Positions 48,001 through 63,294 of a stretch of 64,000 nt of DNA are shown piece by piece. Made by a program: the position numbers and the translations under genes. The notes below the pieces were generated by a model that saw nothing but the letters and a program-made list of their open reading frames with translations, made no database searches and was not told the origin of the DNA. Each line of letters starts with the position of its first letter. Position 1 is the stretch's first letter. Source of the stretch: Geosiphon pyriformis uo1 (Eukaryota; Fungi; Glomeromycota); NCBI GenBank assembly GCA_016748015.1, contig JAAOMT010000094.1:374251-438250 (forward strand). Direction: 5' to 3'.

Positions 48001-50407
48001 TGATTAATTTTTCTTTTAAAGTTTCAAAAACTTTTTGCTGATATATGTTTCAATAATAATTAATAGTTTTCTTAAATAGCTAATTGAAAAGAAAAACAAT
48101 TTTAAAGAAATTTTTAACAAACTTTTGATAATAAAAAACCAAACCAATAAAAAAACATAGATTATAGATATTTATTGGTTGTTTAATGTTTTAAACTTTT
48201 TTAATCTTGGCTAAATCAAAGAAAATTCTATCTTTTATAATAAAATAACTAAAAAACTAAATAGATTGACATCTAAAAAAAAATTTGATTAGATTGATTT
48301 TAAGACCAGTATTTCTAAAGAAATCAAAAAATTTTTGCAAATATTTAAGATGTTTATTTTAGATTTTTGAATATACTATTATATTGTTCAAGTAAATTAA
48401 AACAAAGTTTTTTTTTATTGATTTAAATACTTTGTTTATTAAGTATTAAAAATAAAAAGAGCATTAATAAGATCAAAAAACATAACTGTAAATTTATAGA
48501 TGCTATACTTGGTGATAAAAACAGTTTTTTTTCGACTTTTTAGATCTATTTTTACTTATCAAAATTGAGCAGTTAGATTAATAATTGAGAAGAAAACAAT
48601 ACCATTAAATTGGTCTAGCATTGTATTAATCTTAAAGAGTAGATACATATCTTTTTTAATAATGATATTTAATTAGCAGTAGTTAACACAAAAATGTAAA
48701 ATTTCATCTTTTTTGAATATTACTACAATTAAAAATACCTATTTATTTTTGGTTTTTTGTATGAATTTAAAGTTTTTTATTCAGTTTATTTTTTTTTGAT
48801 AAATTTATTATTGTTGTAATTGAATTGATAAAACTTTAAGTGGATGAAACAAGTTTTTTTGGTGGTAATAATATGTTGTATTACATAAGCATATTCAAGA
48901 ATATCACTTTTTTTAAGATAACTAGACTGATTCTAGCCAGCAGATTTTTAATGTCAATCTTTTTTTTTAAAAAAGAGTTTTTTTTGTTTTATTGTTAATG
49001 ATTATATCTCTGGTAATTTATTTTCAAAAAACTTTTGCATTTTTTTTATCTTTTCTGTTAATATTAAGCTAATAAGTTTCCAATTTTTTTAATAAATTAG
49101 ACAGAACATGTATTTATCATTAGAAAAATACAATGATTTATTATATTAATACTAAGCACAAAAATTATTTTATCAATAACTGTATTTGGCTTTCTTGCCA
49201 GATTTTCTGTTAGATTTTTTTGAATATATTATAATAAGGCCAACAGATTAGCTTGTCATTTACAATAATTTTTTTTATTAACTTTAATATTGTTTAGTAA
49301 TTTGTTATTGTTGGTAAAAGTAGTATAAGCAAGTTTAACAGTTTTTTCTTGTTCTTTTTTTTCATTATTTTTATTATTATTTGATTTATTTGATTGTTTT
49401 TCTTTTTGATTCTATTTGGATATTGTGGAAGTTGTCTAATAATAATACTTAACTATAATGAGTTTCTTACCATATCTAATAATTAATTTATATAGTTTAT
49501 AATTAAGTAATGTTTTTGCTTTTTTGAGCCATTTATTGTCTACAATAATAATGTATTCCTTGGCTTGAAAAACTTTCATATTAGTTTCAATGCTAATATC
49601 ATTAATGTAAACAGAAACAGCTTTGGCTATGTTCAAATTTTTTTTCTTATTATTATATATATTAGTTATTAATTAAGTAAAAAATTTATTAATTTTTCTG
49701 CCAATGGTTTCTAAAAAGTGTTTGGCAATAATGCTGATGAATAATCCACTGTTCAGAATTAAGTCAATAAAATAACCAGCCATTTAAGCTTTACAAATTA
49801 AAAGAGTAATATTACTATTGTTAATAAATCCAGCTTAACAAAAGTACTTATTGGTCTTTAATGTTTTTTTTTTTGAAATTAAAGATTTGTAAAGATTTTT
49901 TCTGAACTATAGATGAGTTATTAACTGGCCAAAAATAATATAAGCTAAAATTTTTATAAGATCTTTAATTACAAAATAAGACCCAGATTTTTGTATTATT
50001 TCTGGAGACTTTAACTTTGAAAAATTCTTAAAAACTTTAGATTTTGGTGGCTTATTGTTATTAATAGTAGAAGTTAAAACTTTATTTAAGTCTAAAGTAA
50101 AATTAATCTTAGCTTTTTTCTTTTTTCTTGTGGATTCAGAGAGGTTAATGGCTAATTCATTTATATTATAGTCATTATTAATTAGATTAAAAATGTAAAA
50201 AGAGTTTTTTTTTGGTTGACTTGTATTCTTATTTTTTGAAAATATATTTACTAGTTTAAAAACTAATAAATAGTGGCTTCAACTAAGGAATTTTTTCCAA
50301 AGAAATTAATATTGATATGATTAGGTCTTTAATTAGGAGTATTATTATTGTTAAGTTTGTTGTTCTGATTATAATTGTTTTAAAAGCTGAAGAAAACAAT
50401 AAAAAAT
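45039..50407 (-). mobile_element. Decayed Ty3/gypsy element E (family 3, no dUTPase): 3' LTR ~45039-45552, ORF3 ~45637-46200, IN ~46270-47550, RT/RH ~47590-48900, PR ~49430-49790, Gag end
   Basis: Protease fragment 49436-49636 (IIVDNKWLKKAK); decayed RT and IN motifs; PPT-like gaacttaatctttttgaaaagaataa next to 45552, resembling the PPT context of D. Boundaries are less certain. Confidence 0.7.
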
Positions 50408-51102
50408 TGTTAATAATAATAATTTCTAAAAATTTTATAATTTGAAGATTTTGGTTAAATTTTTTGTATAATAAACAAAAATTTTATTAATAATTTTCTT
50501 AAATTTCTGTTTTCAGTATAGTGGCCAGTTTATTTTGGTAATTATGTCCTTCTGATAAGTTATTTTTAAGTTTTTTACTCTTGTTTTACAGATTTTTTAT
50601 CAGACTATTCTTGACATTAATTATTTAGCACTTAATTTTTTTAATTAATTAATAAACAACAAAAAAAATAAATAAAAAAAAATAAATAAATAAAAAAGAA
50701 ATAAAAAATTAATATTTCATTAATAGCTATAATTAAAAGCTATTAGTTTAGTATAGTTAAGTATTATATTCTATTAACATGAATTGTTAATAGTATAGAA
50801 GTAATTAATATTTTTTAATCAAATAATAACAACATAAATTGAATAATAATAAATATGTTTATTAATATGAATATAATTCTACTTTAAGTTATAAAAAACT
50901 ATCTTTTAAAGAGAAAAATATTGAATAGTTACTTATTACTAACTATTGTTTTTACTATTATTCTGTTTTTTTTTGCTTTTAATATTTTTGCTATATATAT
51001 ATAATTTATGTTATACAAGATTTCACATATTTTTACTCTTTTTTTATATTACTTCCTAAAAATGTATTCATTTTTTGAGAATGTGTATATTCTTGAAAAT
51101 GT
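50408..51102 (-). mobile_element. Decayed family-2-like LTR W inserted in the gag of E, itself interrupted by element C
   Basis: 50450-50960 aligns to the reverse complement of the Z LTR (41450-42000). The left end is inferred from tgtta at 50408. Confidence 0.65.
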
Positions 51103-54100
51103 TATTACAGATGATTATTTGGGGTCTCAAATCAAATAACAAATCCATAACTTGATGCTTTAGTATCTTAATAATGTTGGTACTCTTAGTATGTTGGTTG
51201 TATCTGAAGGGTTTTTTTTAGCTGATTTGAAGGTGTTGTTGGGGAGTTTTTTGTATAATAAACAGAGACTCAATAGTGGTTTCAGTAGCCTTCTGGAATC
51301 ACAATTCTGTCAAATTTTTTTCTCAGTATGATGGCCAGTAATCCTTCTGATAAGCTATCCTCAAATCTATGAGTGTTATACCCTTGTTTCATGAATCTTT
51401 TACCAATCCCTATGATGTTTGTTCTTTAGCACTTAATTTTCAATCAATTTAGTATACAACAATGAAATCAAATAAAAAAATAAAAAAAGAAAATAAAAAG
51501 AAATGAAGAGAATTAAGTCAATGCAATTGCAAGTTAGTATTCCATCAATAGCTGTAATCAAGAGCTATTGTTCCAGTGTGGTTAAGTATCATTTATTATC
51601 AACATGAAGTGTTAATAGTGGAGAGTGGAATTAAGATAACAAATAGTTATTTATTAATATTTGTGATGGAGAAAGTTGCTTAAATTAAATCTAAATGGAG
51701 AAATCTGTCTTTTTTACTTCTATCTCTATCACTATATATACATATTTAATGTTCTACAAGATCACTCACATTGCCAAGTGATGTGCTATGATTTTTGAAC
51801 AATGCTCATATTGCTGAGCAATGTGCTCTAATTTTCTAATATTGCTCCATATTGCTGAGTAATGTGCTGTAATTTCTAACATTGCTCCATATTGCTGAAT
51901 AATATGCTGTAATTTTTAACATTGTTCCATATTGCTGAGCAATGTGCTCACATGCTAACTACTATTCTCTTATTGGTCTACTATTTTTCTATATCTGTTT
52001 TCTTTTTATGAGTAATATTATCTTTTCTTTTTAATATTAAGTTCTATCAAAATTTTCATTTTGAATTAGTTCTAATACTTTTTTTTTAAGTATTGTTTGT
52101 TTGACTCTGTTTCTTATGTCTTCTACTTGTGTATTGTTCATTTTTTCTTATTGGTTAATAGTTATGGTTTTCATGTCAGAGTATAACAGTATTTCTAAAT
52201 AGTTCCAAAATATGTTGTGCAGTTGGTAAATAGTTCTAACATGTAGTGTTGAATTCATTTTCTTTCCAATAAATTCTTTAATTTGTTGTATTATGTCTTG
52301 GTTAAATATTCTCTTGGATTTGTCAATATACAACTTCTAAATATTCAACTTTTGACCTAACTAATAGTAGCAGTATGATATTGGAAGTTGTTTTGTCCAT
52401 AGCTTCCAATTTTTTTTTGTAAGCTCTTTTGTTAATGTTATGATAAATATTTTCCCAAAAGTGTTTTTTACTTTTTCTATTAAGTTATCTGACCAGTTTT
52501 TATTATTCTTTAATGACTGTTGATATAGTATATTTTTCATCTTTCTTTTGGTGTTTTGATAATTAATTGTTGTTGACTTAAGGCCTGAAATAATTGTTGA
52601 GCTATGGTGTGAATATGATCTGGTATTTTCATTTTTCTTTGTTGCTTTTGTTATGTGTATTGTGTCTTTATATATTCTTTTTTATTTTTTAATTTGATGT
52701 GTTTGGTGCAATAATTATGATTGGTTTCAGATTTCATGGAATCTCATTTGGTTGGACTAATATTTATTGTACTCCCAGTTGTGAAATGTTATTGGTAGAT
52801 GATGATACTATCTGATAATATAATTTCAGTCAATCATCATGTGCTGCTTTGGCTAAGATTTTATTGTCTCATCTTAATTTATAAGCTCTATTTTCTAGAA
52901 TTTTTTCTATGTGAAATGGTCTGTCCCATTTGGGGTTGAATTTTCTACTCCATTGTTTTTCCACTTTGGTACATTATAAGAGTACTTTGTCTCCAATCTT
53001 GAATTCAACTGGTTTATCTGGTAGTTGGTTATTGTGTCATTCTTTTTGCTTTTCTTGTGACTTTTGAATGTTATCAACTGCTTTTTGTCATCTGTTTTCT
53101 AGTGTTTCTATTAAGTCATATGTTCTTTTTAACAATGTTTCTTGAAAATTATCTTCTATTATTGGTTCAGTTGGATATGTATTGATCTCTATCTCAACTG
53201 GTAAAGTTGCTGTTCTATCATATACCAATTCAAATAGTGTTGCTTGTATAGTATCTTGCTTTATTGTTTAATAAACAAATAATACTAATAGTATAAACAA
53301 ATCTCATTCTTCTTGATTTTTTTGGCTGATTTTGGCAATTGCTTCACACAATGTTCTATTAAATCTTTCAACTAATTTATTTGTTTGTGGATGGTATGGT
53401 GATAATAATGGTCTTTTGATTCCAAACCTTTGACTTAATTTTGCTAATGTTCTATTTACAAAGTAAGTTCCTTGATCTAATAGTAATTCTTTTGGATATT
53501 TGTGTCGACAAATTAGATCTTGGTAAACAAATTTGGCAATGGATTCTGTATCTGCTCTTTGAATTACTTTTGCTTCTGGCTATTTAGTAAGATAATCCAT
53601 GACTACTGCAATATATCTGCTGTTTCTGCTGGTAATTGTTAATGGTCTAACTAAGTCAATTCTAATTTGATCAAATAGTTGTTCCACTTTGATTGGTCTC
53701 AATGGTTTACTTGGTCTTGTTTCTCCTCTTCTCTGACAAGCATTACAATTTTGAACATATTAGATAATATCTAGATACATTGATGACCAATAGTATCTTT
53801 TTTTAATTTTTTTCATGGTTGCTTCTTTATGAAAATATTCTGCTGTTAGATCTGAATGTATGTTGAACAATATTGTTTTTTTTTTCTGATTCTGTAATTA
53901 CTTTGGTTGGTTGTTCTGGGTTTTTTCTATTCCTTCAATAAAGTATATTTTGATAAGTAATGAAATATTTTAATTGTTGTTTTATGTTGTTTTGTTTCTT
54001 TTAAGATAATTTCTTCTTGAATTGTTGGGTATTTATGTAATATTGAAGTTGTTAGTATTTTTGTGTGTTCATTTTTTGTTGTATTTTTGGTTTTACATGT

Positions 54101-55082
54101 TCGAATTTTGTTATATTTTTGGGCTAAAATGTTTAGATTTGTTTCATTTATGACAAACTGTTGTTATTTTTATTTTTTATTTTTTTTTTATAGTGTATTG
54201 TAAAGTTATATGGTGAAAGTGCTATTTTCTATTTGGCATGCTAATCATCTCTGAATTTTTGCTTCTGGATTGAAGTCAATTCTTTGTAATCAGTATATAT
54301 TTTAAATTTCTGGCTTAAGTATTCCTTCCATTTCATAATTGCCCAATAGATAACTAAGTGTTTTAGTGATAGTGTTCTATAGTTTTTTTGGCTGGTATTA
54401 AGCTTTAGCTTACATATGCTACTGGATGTTCTCTTTCATCTGGTTCTTTCTAAGATAGTACTGCTCTCAATGCTTAACCTAATGCATTGATAGTAATGAT
54501 GAATAATTTGTTGTAATTTGAATAGATCAATACTGGAGCTTGAATGAGCTTTCTTCTCAGTGTGTTAAAAGCTTTTTACTGGATTTTAGCCTATTCATAT
54601 TTAATATTCTTGGTTTGGAAATGGCAGAATGGCTGTGCTAGTTTAGAAAAGTTCTTAATAAAGCATTAGTAATAGTCTGTAAATCCCAAGAATGCTTGTA
54701 ATTTAGTCAAGTTGAAAGTTTTTAATTATCTCAATTTTATCTGAATTTGTTTTGATGTTATCTTTGCTTATAACATGTTCCAAAAACTTCAATTCTGTTT
54801 TGTTAAAGAAACATTTGGTGGTATTTAGTTTTAATTTTGCTTTTTTTAGTTTTTTAAACACTTGCTAAAGATGATAAAGATAATTATCAAATGTTTTTGA
54901 AAATATGTTGATATTATCTAAATACATGACTACTAATTTTCATAGTAGTTTTGTGTAAACAATTTTCATTAGCCATTGAAATGTGGCTGGTATATTGGTC
55001 AAGCTGAATGACATTACTTCAAATTTGAAATTCTTTTCTCTTGTGGTGAATATAGTCTTTTTTTTATTGGCTAGATTCATGA
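51103..55082 (-). mobile_element. Ty3/gypsy element C (family 2), 3' portion: LTR 51103-52017, ORF3, integrase, RNase H, part of RT
   Basis: Colinear with element B 29736-33710; PPT after 52017; cut in RT by element D. Confidence 0.9.
51801..51950. repeat. 40-bp tandem repeat (about 4 copies) in U3 of the element C LTR
   Basis: Unit attgctccatattgctgagtaatgtgctgtaatttctaac. Confidence 0.9.
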
Positions 55083-56062
55083 TGTTATCAGACAAAATTA
55101 GAGATATTGTTTAGCATGAAATTATTTTTATAATTCTTATCATTAGTTAGCATATATTATTGTCCCAAATTATTACTTATTATATTAGCAAAATATCCGA
55201 AATTATCATTTAATTAATAACCCAATTTGTACATAACACAAATGTAACCTAATTGTGATGATCAATCATGCAATACACCAAACTATGTAACATTCAAAAA
55301 GTTCGCTGAAATTTGTAGAAATTTGTAGAAATAATTAATAGTTCACCGAAATATCTAATAGTTCGCAGAAATAACTTGTAGTTTGCTGAAATGCATCTCT
55401 AGTTTAGTGAAATTGTAGAAAATAGCAAAGTTCAAGTTCATAGAATAGTGTTACAACAAGTTGTATAAAAGAAGAGCTTCTCTCTTTGAGAAAATGTATC
55501 TTACTTCAGATTGAACAATTAGAATCATTTTTTATACACAAAAACAAAATAAATATCAAATAATTCAAAAAGCCAAATTCTTAATTATTTCCCTTAAAAT
55601 TAACCAATTCCTACTAACAGTTTGAAATTGACTAGCTACCAATTTCAGTAAACTGTTAAAGCACTTCCAGGTCTGGATCTGAAATGACTTCCATAAAACA
55701 TTTTTACTTTTCTTTTACATTTCTTTTATTTCCCTTATTTTCTTATTATAAATCATTTGAGTAGTCTACAGACAAAAATTTCTGTAAAAAAGTTGACTTT
55801 TACAGTAAAATAACTACACATTTTAGTGAGCTTCCAGATGAGCATTTCCTGGAAAAGAGTTGACATTTATTACAATGTAACTATACAAAGTAACTGGCAC
55901 AGAATTGGTCATTCTATTTATAAGCCCAGCAGTTCAAATTATAGGAGATAATTTGAAGATAAATTCAGTTACTGGAGGTTCAACCACATACAGAAAACGT
56001 GAATTCACAGCAAAACAGGCATCAACAACATTAAGAAAAGAGACCAAAAACTTCCAGTAACA

Positions 56063-59000
56063 TTTGGTGCTCTTTCACAAAAATAACACAGTGACAACAA
56101 CTTCAAAAGTGGCGATTCAAATAGATTCAAGAACTCTAGAGTATTATCAGTCAATCTACACCCACTGCAAGCAGAGATTTAATATCCCAGATGGAATTGA
56201 AACATTCAAGAAAACACTTTACCAGTACATTAAAAATTGCATCAACAATTATCTTCTTAGAGACTACAACATTTCAGAAGTTAGACACAACTTATATGAA
56301 AGCTTAGTACATCACTCTTATCTAAACATGCAGGATTTTAACAGTCAAACACTTGAAACATACTTTCAAGAACTCAACTTCAATATTATTCAGTATTGTA
56401 AAGAGAATTACCCAGTAGAACAGAAATTTTTTTTTAGTTTTGAATCGGAAACCAAAAAAAAAAAAGAAAAAGGAAACAAAAACTCAGAACTACTCCCAAT
56501 ACACCTAAAACTACTGCCAAACATTTACAAACTTCAGAACAAGAAACCAGCTTTAAATTACCACTCTTAATTACACCATTTCCAGCTTCACTTGCTCAAC
56601 TACAAACACCAAGCTTACTACTTATTCGGTTTTCAAAAATAGAAGATTTTCAGTCACCCAAAAGCCCTATTCAACAACCGAAACCAATATTAACCAACAC
56701 AAACCTTATTGACTACTTAACAGAAAATCAAAGTGAAGAGACCAAATCAGAACAAGAAACAGAAGACTCAGAAAACGAAGAAGAAATGGCCTCCACATAT
56801 ATTGCAAAGATCTCTGAGTTCACAGGAGAAGACAGTGAAACCAGTCCTCAAGAATGGCTTGACAAAGTCTCAAAAGCAGAAGATGCAAACGGTTGGAATG
56901 CTGCCAGAATGTTAAAAGCAATCCCATATTTCTTATAAGGAATGGCTGGTAAATAGTTTGAAAACTTGGAAGCCCCATTAGAAGACTGAGAAGTATTCAA
57001 AACTGCTTTCCTAGAACAGTTCACTGACAATAACACTTCCATTACCCTTTGAAATTGGTTCCAAAATATCAAGCAAGAACCAAGTGAATCAGTTATAACC
57101 TATCTTGGGAGATTCAACAAACTGCTTAGAAGAATTTGCCAATTGGAAACAAATGAATACTACTCCAATGCACAAATTTTGGATCAATTTATTGCTGGAC
57201 TAAAAGACAAACTTATCAAAAAAGTTCACTCACATGCACCAAAAGATTTAGCCACTGCTATTCAACAGACGAAAAACTATAAAATGGCCATGAAAAAAGC
57301 CAACCGTACCAAACTTGTTAACTTGGCTATTGAAAAAACCAGCTCAACAGCTAAAGAAAAGATTGACCAATTAACCAAGAAAGTTGAAAACTATTTCACC
57401 AATCAACAGCAACAACAGCAGCCACAGCAATCACAACAACCACAAAAATACCAACCCCTACAAAGACAAAATCAAAATAACTTTGCACCACTTTTTAATA
57501 ACCAGTCTCAGAATTGCCATTACTGTAAAATCTCTGGCCACTGGAAAAAAGATTGCAGAAAGCTACAATAAAACCAACAAAATAGGAGTAATCAACATTA
57601 CCCTCCACCACAGTAATCTTATTATCAACTACCATCACCAGCTTACTATCTACCAAAACCCCAATACCAAAGTAACTATTATCAGCCCGCCCCACAGCCA
57701 ATCCAACAGCAATACCAACAACCACCCACACAATATTATCAAGTTCCTACTCGAAGATTGATTCTGCAAAATCAGTTCACACCACAAAACCAATACCAAG
57801 TAAACAACTATAGAATTAATTCAAACAACCAATTGGTTTCCTGAAATTCAGCTTAACCAAGACCCAACCATTATCATACTCAACCTAGTTATCTTATGAT
57901 GCCAGAAAAACAAGATTTTTGCCATACTGCACTTTCAGAAGGTAGAGCTGCAGCACAACAACAAAACCTTTCCTATATTCCTACCACAATTCCACCAGCC
58001 AGAATTGCTGAAAACACCAACCTTTCAGATATATTCCCTTTCGAATTTGAAGCAAATGAATCACCATTTTTGCTTAGCAATGCAGCAGCTAATGAGCAAA
58101 AACCCATCACTGCAATATACACAGAAGCTGAAGTAGAAGGAAAGCCAATTCACTTGATCCTAGATAATGGATCTGCTAGAAGCATCATTATCTATCAATT
58201 AATGCAACAGCTAAAGAGAAACATTAACTGACCAGCTCAGACAATCATTGTCACTGTTGATGGCATGAAAAAAACTCCAGTAAGAGAAATTGACAATTTC
58301 CCATTCACAATTGATGAAATCACCATTTCAGTCAAAGTTCTGGTTATGGATGCTCCTCAATACCAAGCTCTTGTCGGAAATGATTGGCTCCAAAAAGCCA
58401 ATACTAATCTGAATTGGGAGACACAAGAGTTAACAATTTCCTACCAAGAACAACACACCTGGGTACCTGCCACTTGTGATATATTCAACAAATGCTCCAA
58501 AAATGCCCCGGCTTTTGAATTTGAACTAGAAGAAGAAAAATCTATCATTGAAACATTTATGGCACTTGGATCAATCTCCAATTGGGCTGATAAAACTGAA
58601 CAACAGTATTTTTCAACAAACGATTCTCTTGAAACAAAAAAATCAGTGACACCCAGATAGAATGTCCCTTATTCAAAACCAGAACCACAAAAACAACACC
58701 CTTACATTCCACTCAAATACAAAGATTGCCACAAAAAACTCTCATCAATGGGAGCTTGTATTTCACCTGAGGAAAAATACAAAAACCATACCTGTTACTA
58801 TTGCAAATCCTGCCACTGAAAACAATGGGGACACTTAGTCAAAAGAAGTAAAAAATGGGACAGAATGCCCTGTTTAACTTGTGGAGAACGATTACCTGAT
58901 AAATGCGACTGGATTGATGTTACATTCAAAGAAGGAGTCTGTAATTAAACATGTCAATATGCTCTTTTAATCTCAGAAAAAGTAACAAGAGGAACCTCTT

Positions 59001-61708
59001 TCAATGCTGCTTACAACAGTGCCCTCAACAAACTGTACTATTACCCTCATGATGCTGAAATGATTTTCGATTTAGCAATGGCTTTAATCAATAGAGCCAC
59101 TCAAAAAAATGTTCGTTAAATGAAAGAATCAGAATACATTGCATACATCTTTAAAATTGCTGGATACAACTATGAAGATTAAGTAGAAGTATATTACCAA
59201 ATTGCCAGTCACACTTACCTGACCAAAGAAGCTCAAGCTTAATAGCTAAAGCAAATGAACATTAAATTGTGTGAAAAATACATAATACCTTGCAATGAGC
59301 AATGGTGCCCTGAATGCTATGCTCTTAGCATTTCCCTGCCTAGTGAAAACAATAAAAACAAAATTAAATTTGAAGAACCTGAAACAACAAAAGAAATTGA
59401 AGCAACACTCATCTATCTCATTGAAAATCAGCTTGCCTTACAACTCAAATACTTCAACAACAGACAAGGAATAAAACTCGAAAAAACACATGAAATTGAT
59501 GCTGGATATGACCTAAGATATTCAGACAAAGATACTCTTGTTCTCAAACCAAAATCTCTCACAAAAATCAACTTCAAAATTGCCCTCAAAATTCCACCAG
59601 GAGCAATAGTTCAAATTGCCTCCCAGTTCTCTCTGGCAAGCAAAAGAATCAATATCAGAGGAGAAATAATCAATGCTGAATATACTGGTGACATAACAGT
59701 AATACTTCAAAATAAAACTGATAAACCTTTCAAAATTGAACATGCTGAAAAAATTGCTCAAGCTATCTATTTACTCTTAATCAACATTTCAGGTTTACAG
59801 TTAGTCAATTAAAAAAAACAATTGGGAAAAAGCAAAAGAGGAACACAAGGTTTTGGTTCAACTGGATGATTCACCATTTCAGTAAACATAGCTCTCAATA
59901 AACAGAAAAAATCTTACCAGCTTCTACAATTTCCACAACTAATTACTATTTTACTCTTTGGAGAACATCACAAAGTTTACACATGTAAAAACCCTACAAC
60001 TGTTCAACAAATCTTTGAATCCAATGAACAAATTTGCTTAGAACACAATATTTCAATCCCAAACATCTATGTTCTAAGAGGAGCAAAGAAAGTCCGAGTT
60101 ACTTTTTACAATCCCAACCATCAACTTGTTATTTTATTGAACAAGTTAGAAATAGGAGTTATTTACAGCAACATCTTTCAGCAGGAACAACCCCAAACAG
60201 TTTTAAATTTCTCAGAAATCATCGAACACTCTTTACCAAAAATCAGCCCCAGACCAAGCTTCGAAAACTACCATGTTGTTATGAAAAAACTATCTCAAAT
60301 CAACATGGAACAACTAGAACCACACCAGCAAAAACAGCTTAAAGAGCTAATAGCAGAATTTGCCAATATCTTTGCTAAAAACAACAATGATCTAGGAAGA
60401 ACTGATTTGGTACAACACCAAATTTATACTGGAAATGCCAAACCAAGACAACAACAAGCCTACTGAGTCGCTCTAAAAAGTCACCAATTTATCTGAGATA
60501 AAGTACAACAGATGCTTAACAATGGACTTATTCAGCCATTAATGAGTCTATGGGCTTCACCTGTGGTTCTAATTAAAAAGAAAAATGGAAAGATATGATT
60601 TTGTGTTGATTATTGACAACTCAATAGCGTCACTATTAGAGATGCCTACTCTCTTCCCACAATTGATAACATGCTAGATGCTCTTGGGAAGTCCAAATAC
60701 TTTTTGACATTAAATTTAGAAAGTGAATACTGACAAGTTGCCATGGATCCCAAAGATTGCCCCAAAACAGCATTCACCACTCAAGGAGGAAATTACAAGT
60801 TCAACATAATGCCTTTCGGATTATGCAATACACAAGCAACATTCCAAAGACTCATAGATGTTGTATATGCTGGACTTCTTTGGAAATCAGTAGTTGTCTA
60901 CCTTAACAACACTAATGTTTATTCACCCTCTTTTGAACTCTATCTAATTTACCTGCAAGAAGTTTTTCAACAATTATGTAAAGCAGGATTAAAATTAAAC
61001 ATCGAGAAATGCCATTTTGGGAAAACAAGTTTGGCTTTTCTTGGTTACATTGTTAGTGAAGAAGGAGTTAAACCAGATCCAGGAAAAATCAGTGCTGTTA
61101 AAAATTTCAAAACTTCTTGAAATACCACAGAACTAAGAAGATTCATTGGATTAGCATCTTATAATTGGAAGTTTATTAAAAGATTCTTGGAAATTGCAAA
61201 ATCTCTCAACCAGTTCACCACCAAAAACGTTGAATACAAATGGACTACCAAACACCAAAAAGCTTTTGAAATTCTCAAGAAAAAGCTAACAACAGCTCCA
61301 ATTCTCGCCTACTCAGACTTTAGTAGCCAATTCCGATTAGCAACAGATGCTTCATACACTGCCTTCAGTGCTATCTTGTCACAATTAGATGACAATAAAA
61401 ATGAGCAAGTAATTGCTTATGCCAGCAGAACATTAAAACCAGCTGAAAAAAATTATCCTGCCACTGAATTAGAAACAGCAGCTGTAATTTGGGCCCTACA
61501 TTATTTCAATCTTTATCTCCAGCCAAAGAAATTCGATATTATCACTGATAATATTGGACTCAAATGGCTTCAGAACAAAAACACTCAGCTGAATGCCAAA
61601 CAAATCTGATGGACAGGATTTTTAGCCAACTACCAATACATTGTACACCACAAACCAGAAAAACTTCACACCAATGTTGATTGTCTCTCAAGAATGAGAC
61701 AAAATTAG
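56063..61708 (+). pseudogene. Element D gag-pol (Gag, PR, Cys-rich domain, dUTPase ~59490-59870, RT, RNase H)
   Basis: CHYCKISGHWKKDC knuckle; LILDNGS; DAGYDL...RGTQGFGSTG; YLNN (from YLDD); TDAS; many C>T stops. Confidence 0.92.
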
Positions 61709-61756
61709 AACACAAAACAAACACCTATTTGAATTAACAGCAATAAAACAACAACA

Positions 61757-63142
61757 ATAAACTCCAAAAACTACAACAATCTTAAACAATATTTGAAGAC
61801 ATTAACAATCTTAACAGATTGATCTTCAGATAAAAACCATCAATTACAACAACAAGCCAGACAATATTTCCTACACAACAACATTATTTATTATCAAAAT
61901 TTCAAAAACCCAGACAAACCATTCAGATTAATACAAGAACACAAAAAAGAGATTATATTATACAACATGCACTCAGATCCTTCATCAACACATTTCGGAA
62001 AAGACAGCACCACTCAAAGAACACTAGAATACTATTTTTGGCCCTGAATAAGAAGAGACATATATCAATATGTTGAATCTTGTGATAGTTGTCAAAGAAA
62101 AGGAGGAACACATTCTACTGAACCTTTAAATCCAATCAAAGTTGGACAACTTTTTGACCAAGTTAGTATCAATTTAGTTAGACTACTACTTATCACCATG
62201 CATAGAAACTGATACATAGCAGTAGTAATAGATTATCTTACCAAATGGCTCAAAGCCAGAGCTATTCAATGAGCAAATACAAAATCAGTAGCAAATTTTA
62301 TCTATGAAGACATTATTTGTAAACATGGATGCCCAATTAAACTTTTATTCGATCAGGGAACACATTTTGTGAATAACCTGACACAAGAAATTTGTAAACA
62401 ATTTAATATCAAAAGACCTTTATCTTTGCCCTACCATTCACAGACAAATAAATTAGTGGAACGTTTCAACAGAACATTGTGTGAATCACTAGCCAAAGTC
62501 TCAACAAATTTTGAGCAGAAATGGGATATCTTTATTCCATCAGTGTTACTAGTATATAGAACACTAAAACAAAATACAATGAAACACATATCATTTGACC
62601 TTACTTATGAAAAAACAGCAAAACTACCAATTGAATTCACAGTGGAAACATATCCAGTACAACCAATCACAGAAAAAAACTTACAAAAAACACTTCAGTG
62701 AAGAGCTTATACTCTTTTCAGTACTTTAGAAAGAAAAAAACATATAGCAGCCACCCACATTGAAAATTCACAAGCCTAACAAAAAGAGGGACATGACAAC
62801 AAACTGCCACCAGTTATCAATGAATTTAAAATTGGAAACAAAGTTCTCTTACACAGAATTAAAGCTAAAAAACAATAAAGTGAAAAATTTGAAAATAAAT
62901 GGGATGGATCATTCTTTATCTATGAAGTTCTAGGCAACGAATCATACAAGCTAAGACTTGATGACAAAATCCTAGCAAAAGTTACACATAGAGATCATTT
63001 GAAACACTATAATTCCAGAAACAATCCTGAACCATTAATTCCACAAGTTGGTACACATTCTCCATTAATCAATCCCGAAGATATTCCCTGAAATTTAGAA
63101 CCAATAGTTGTTATTAAACAACCTCCTAACTCAAACACTTAA
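61757..63142 (+). pseudogene. Element D integrase
   Basis: MHSDPSSTHFG..CDSCQR, DQGTHF, QTNKLVERFNRTL. Confidence 0.9.
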
Positions 63143-63294
63143 TTTAAATTTACTATAGTTATTTCCTTATAAATTAAAAATTGATTTTACAAAAACAAAA
63201 CAAAAACAAAACACATTGAAAGACAAAAATAACATAAACTCATATACCAAAAATAATTTCTATCTATTTTTTTTCTCTCACTCAAGTTTTTATA

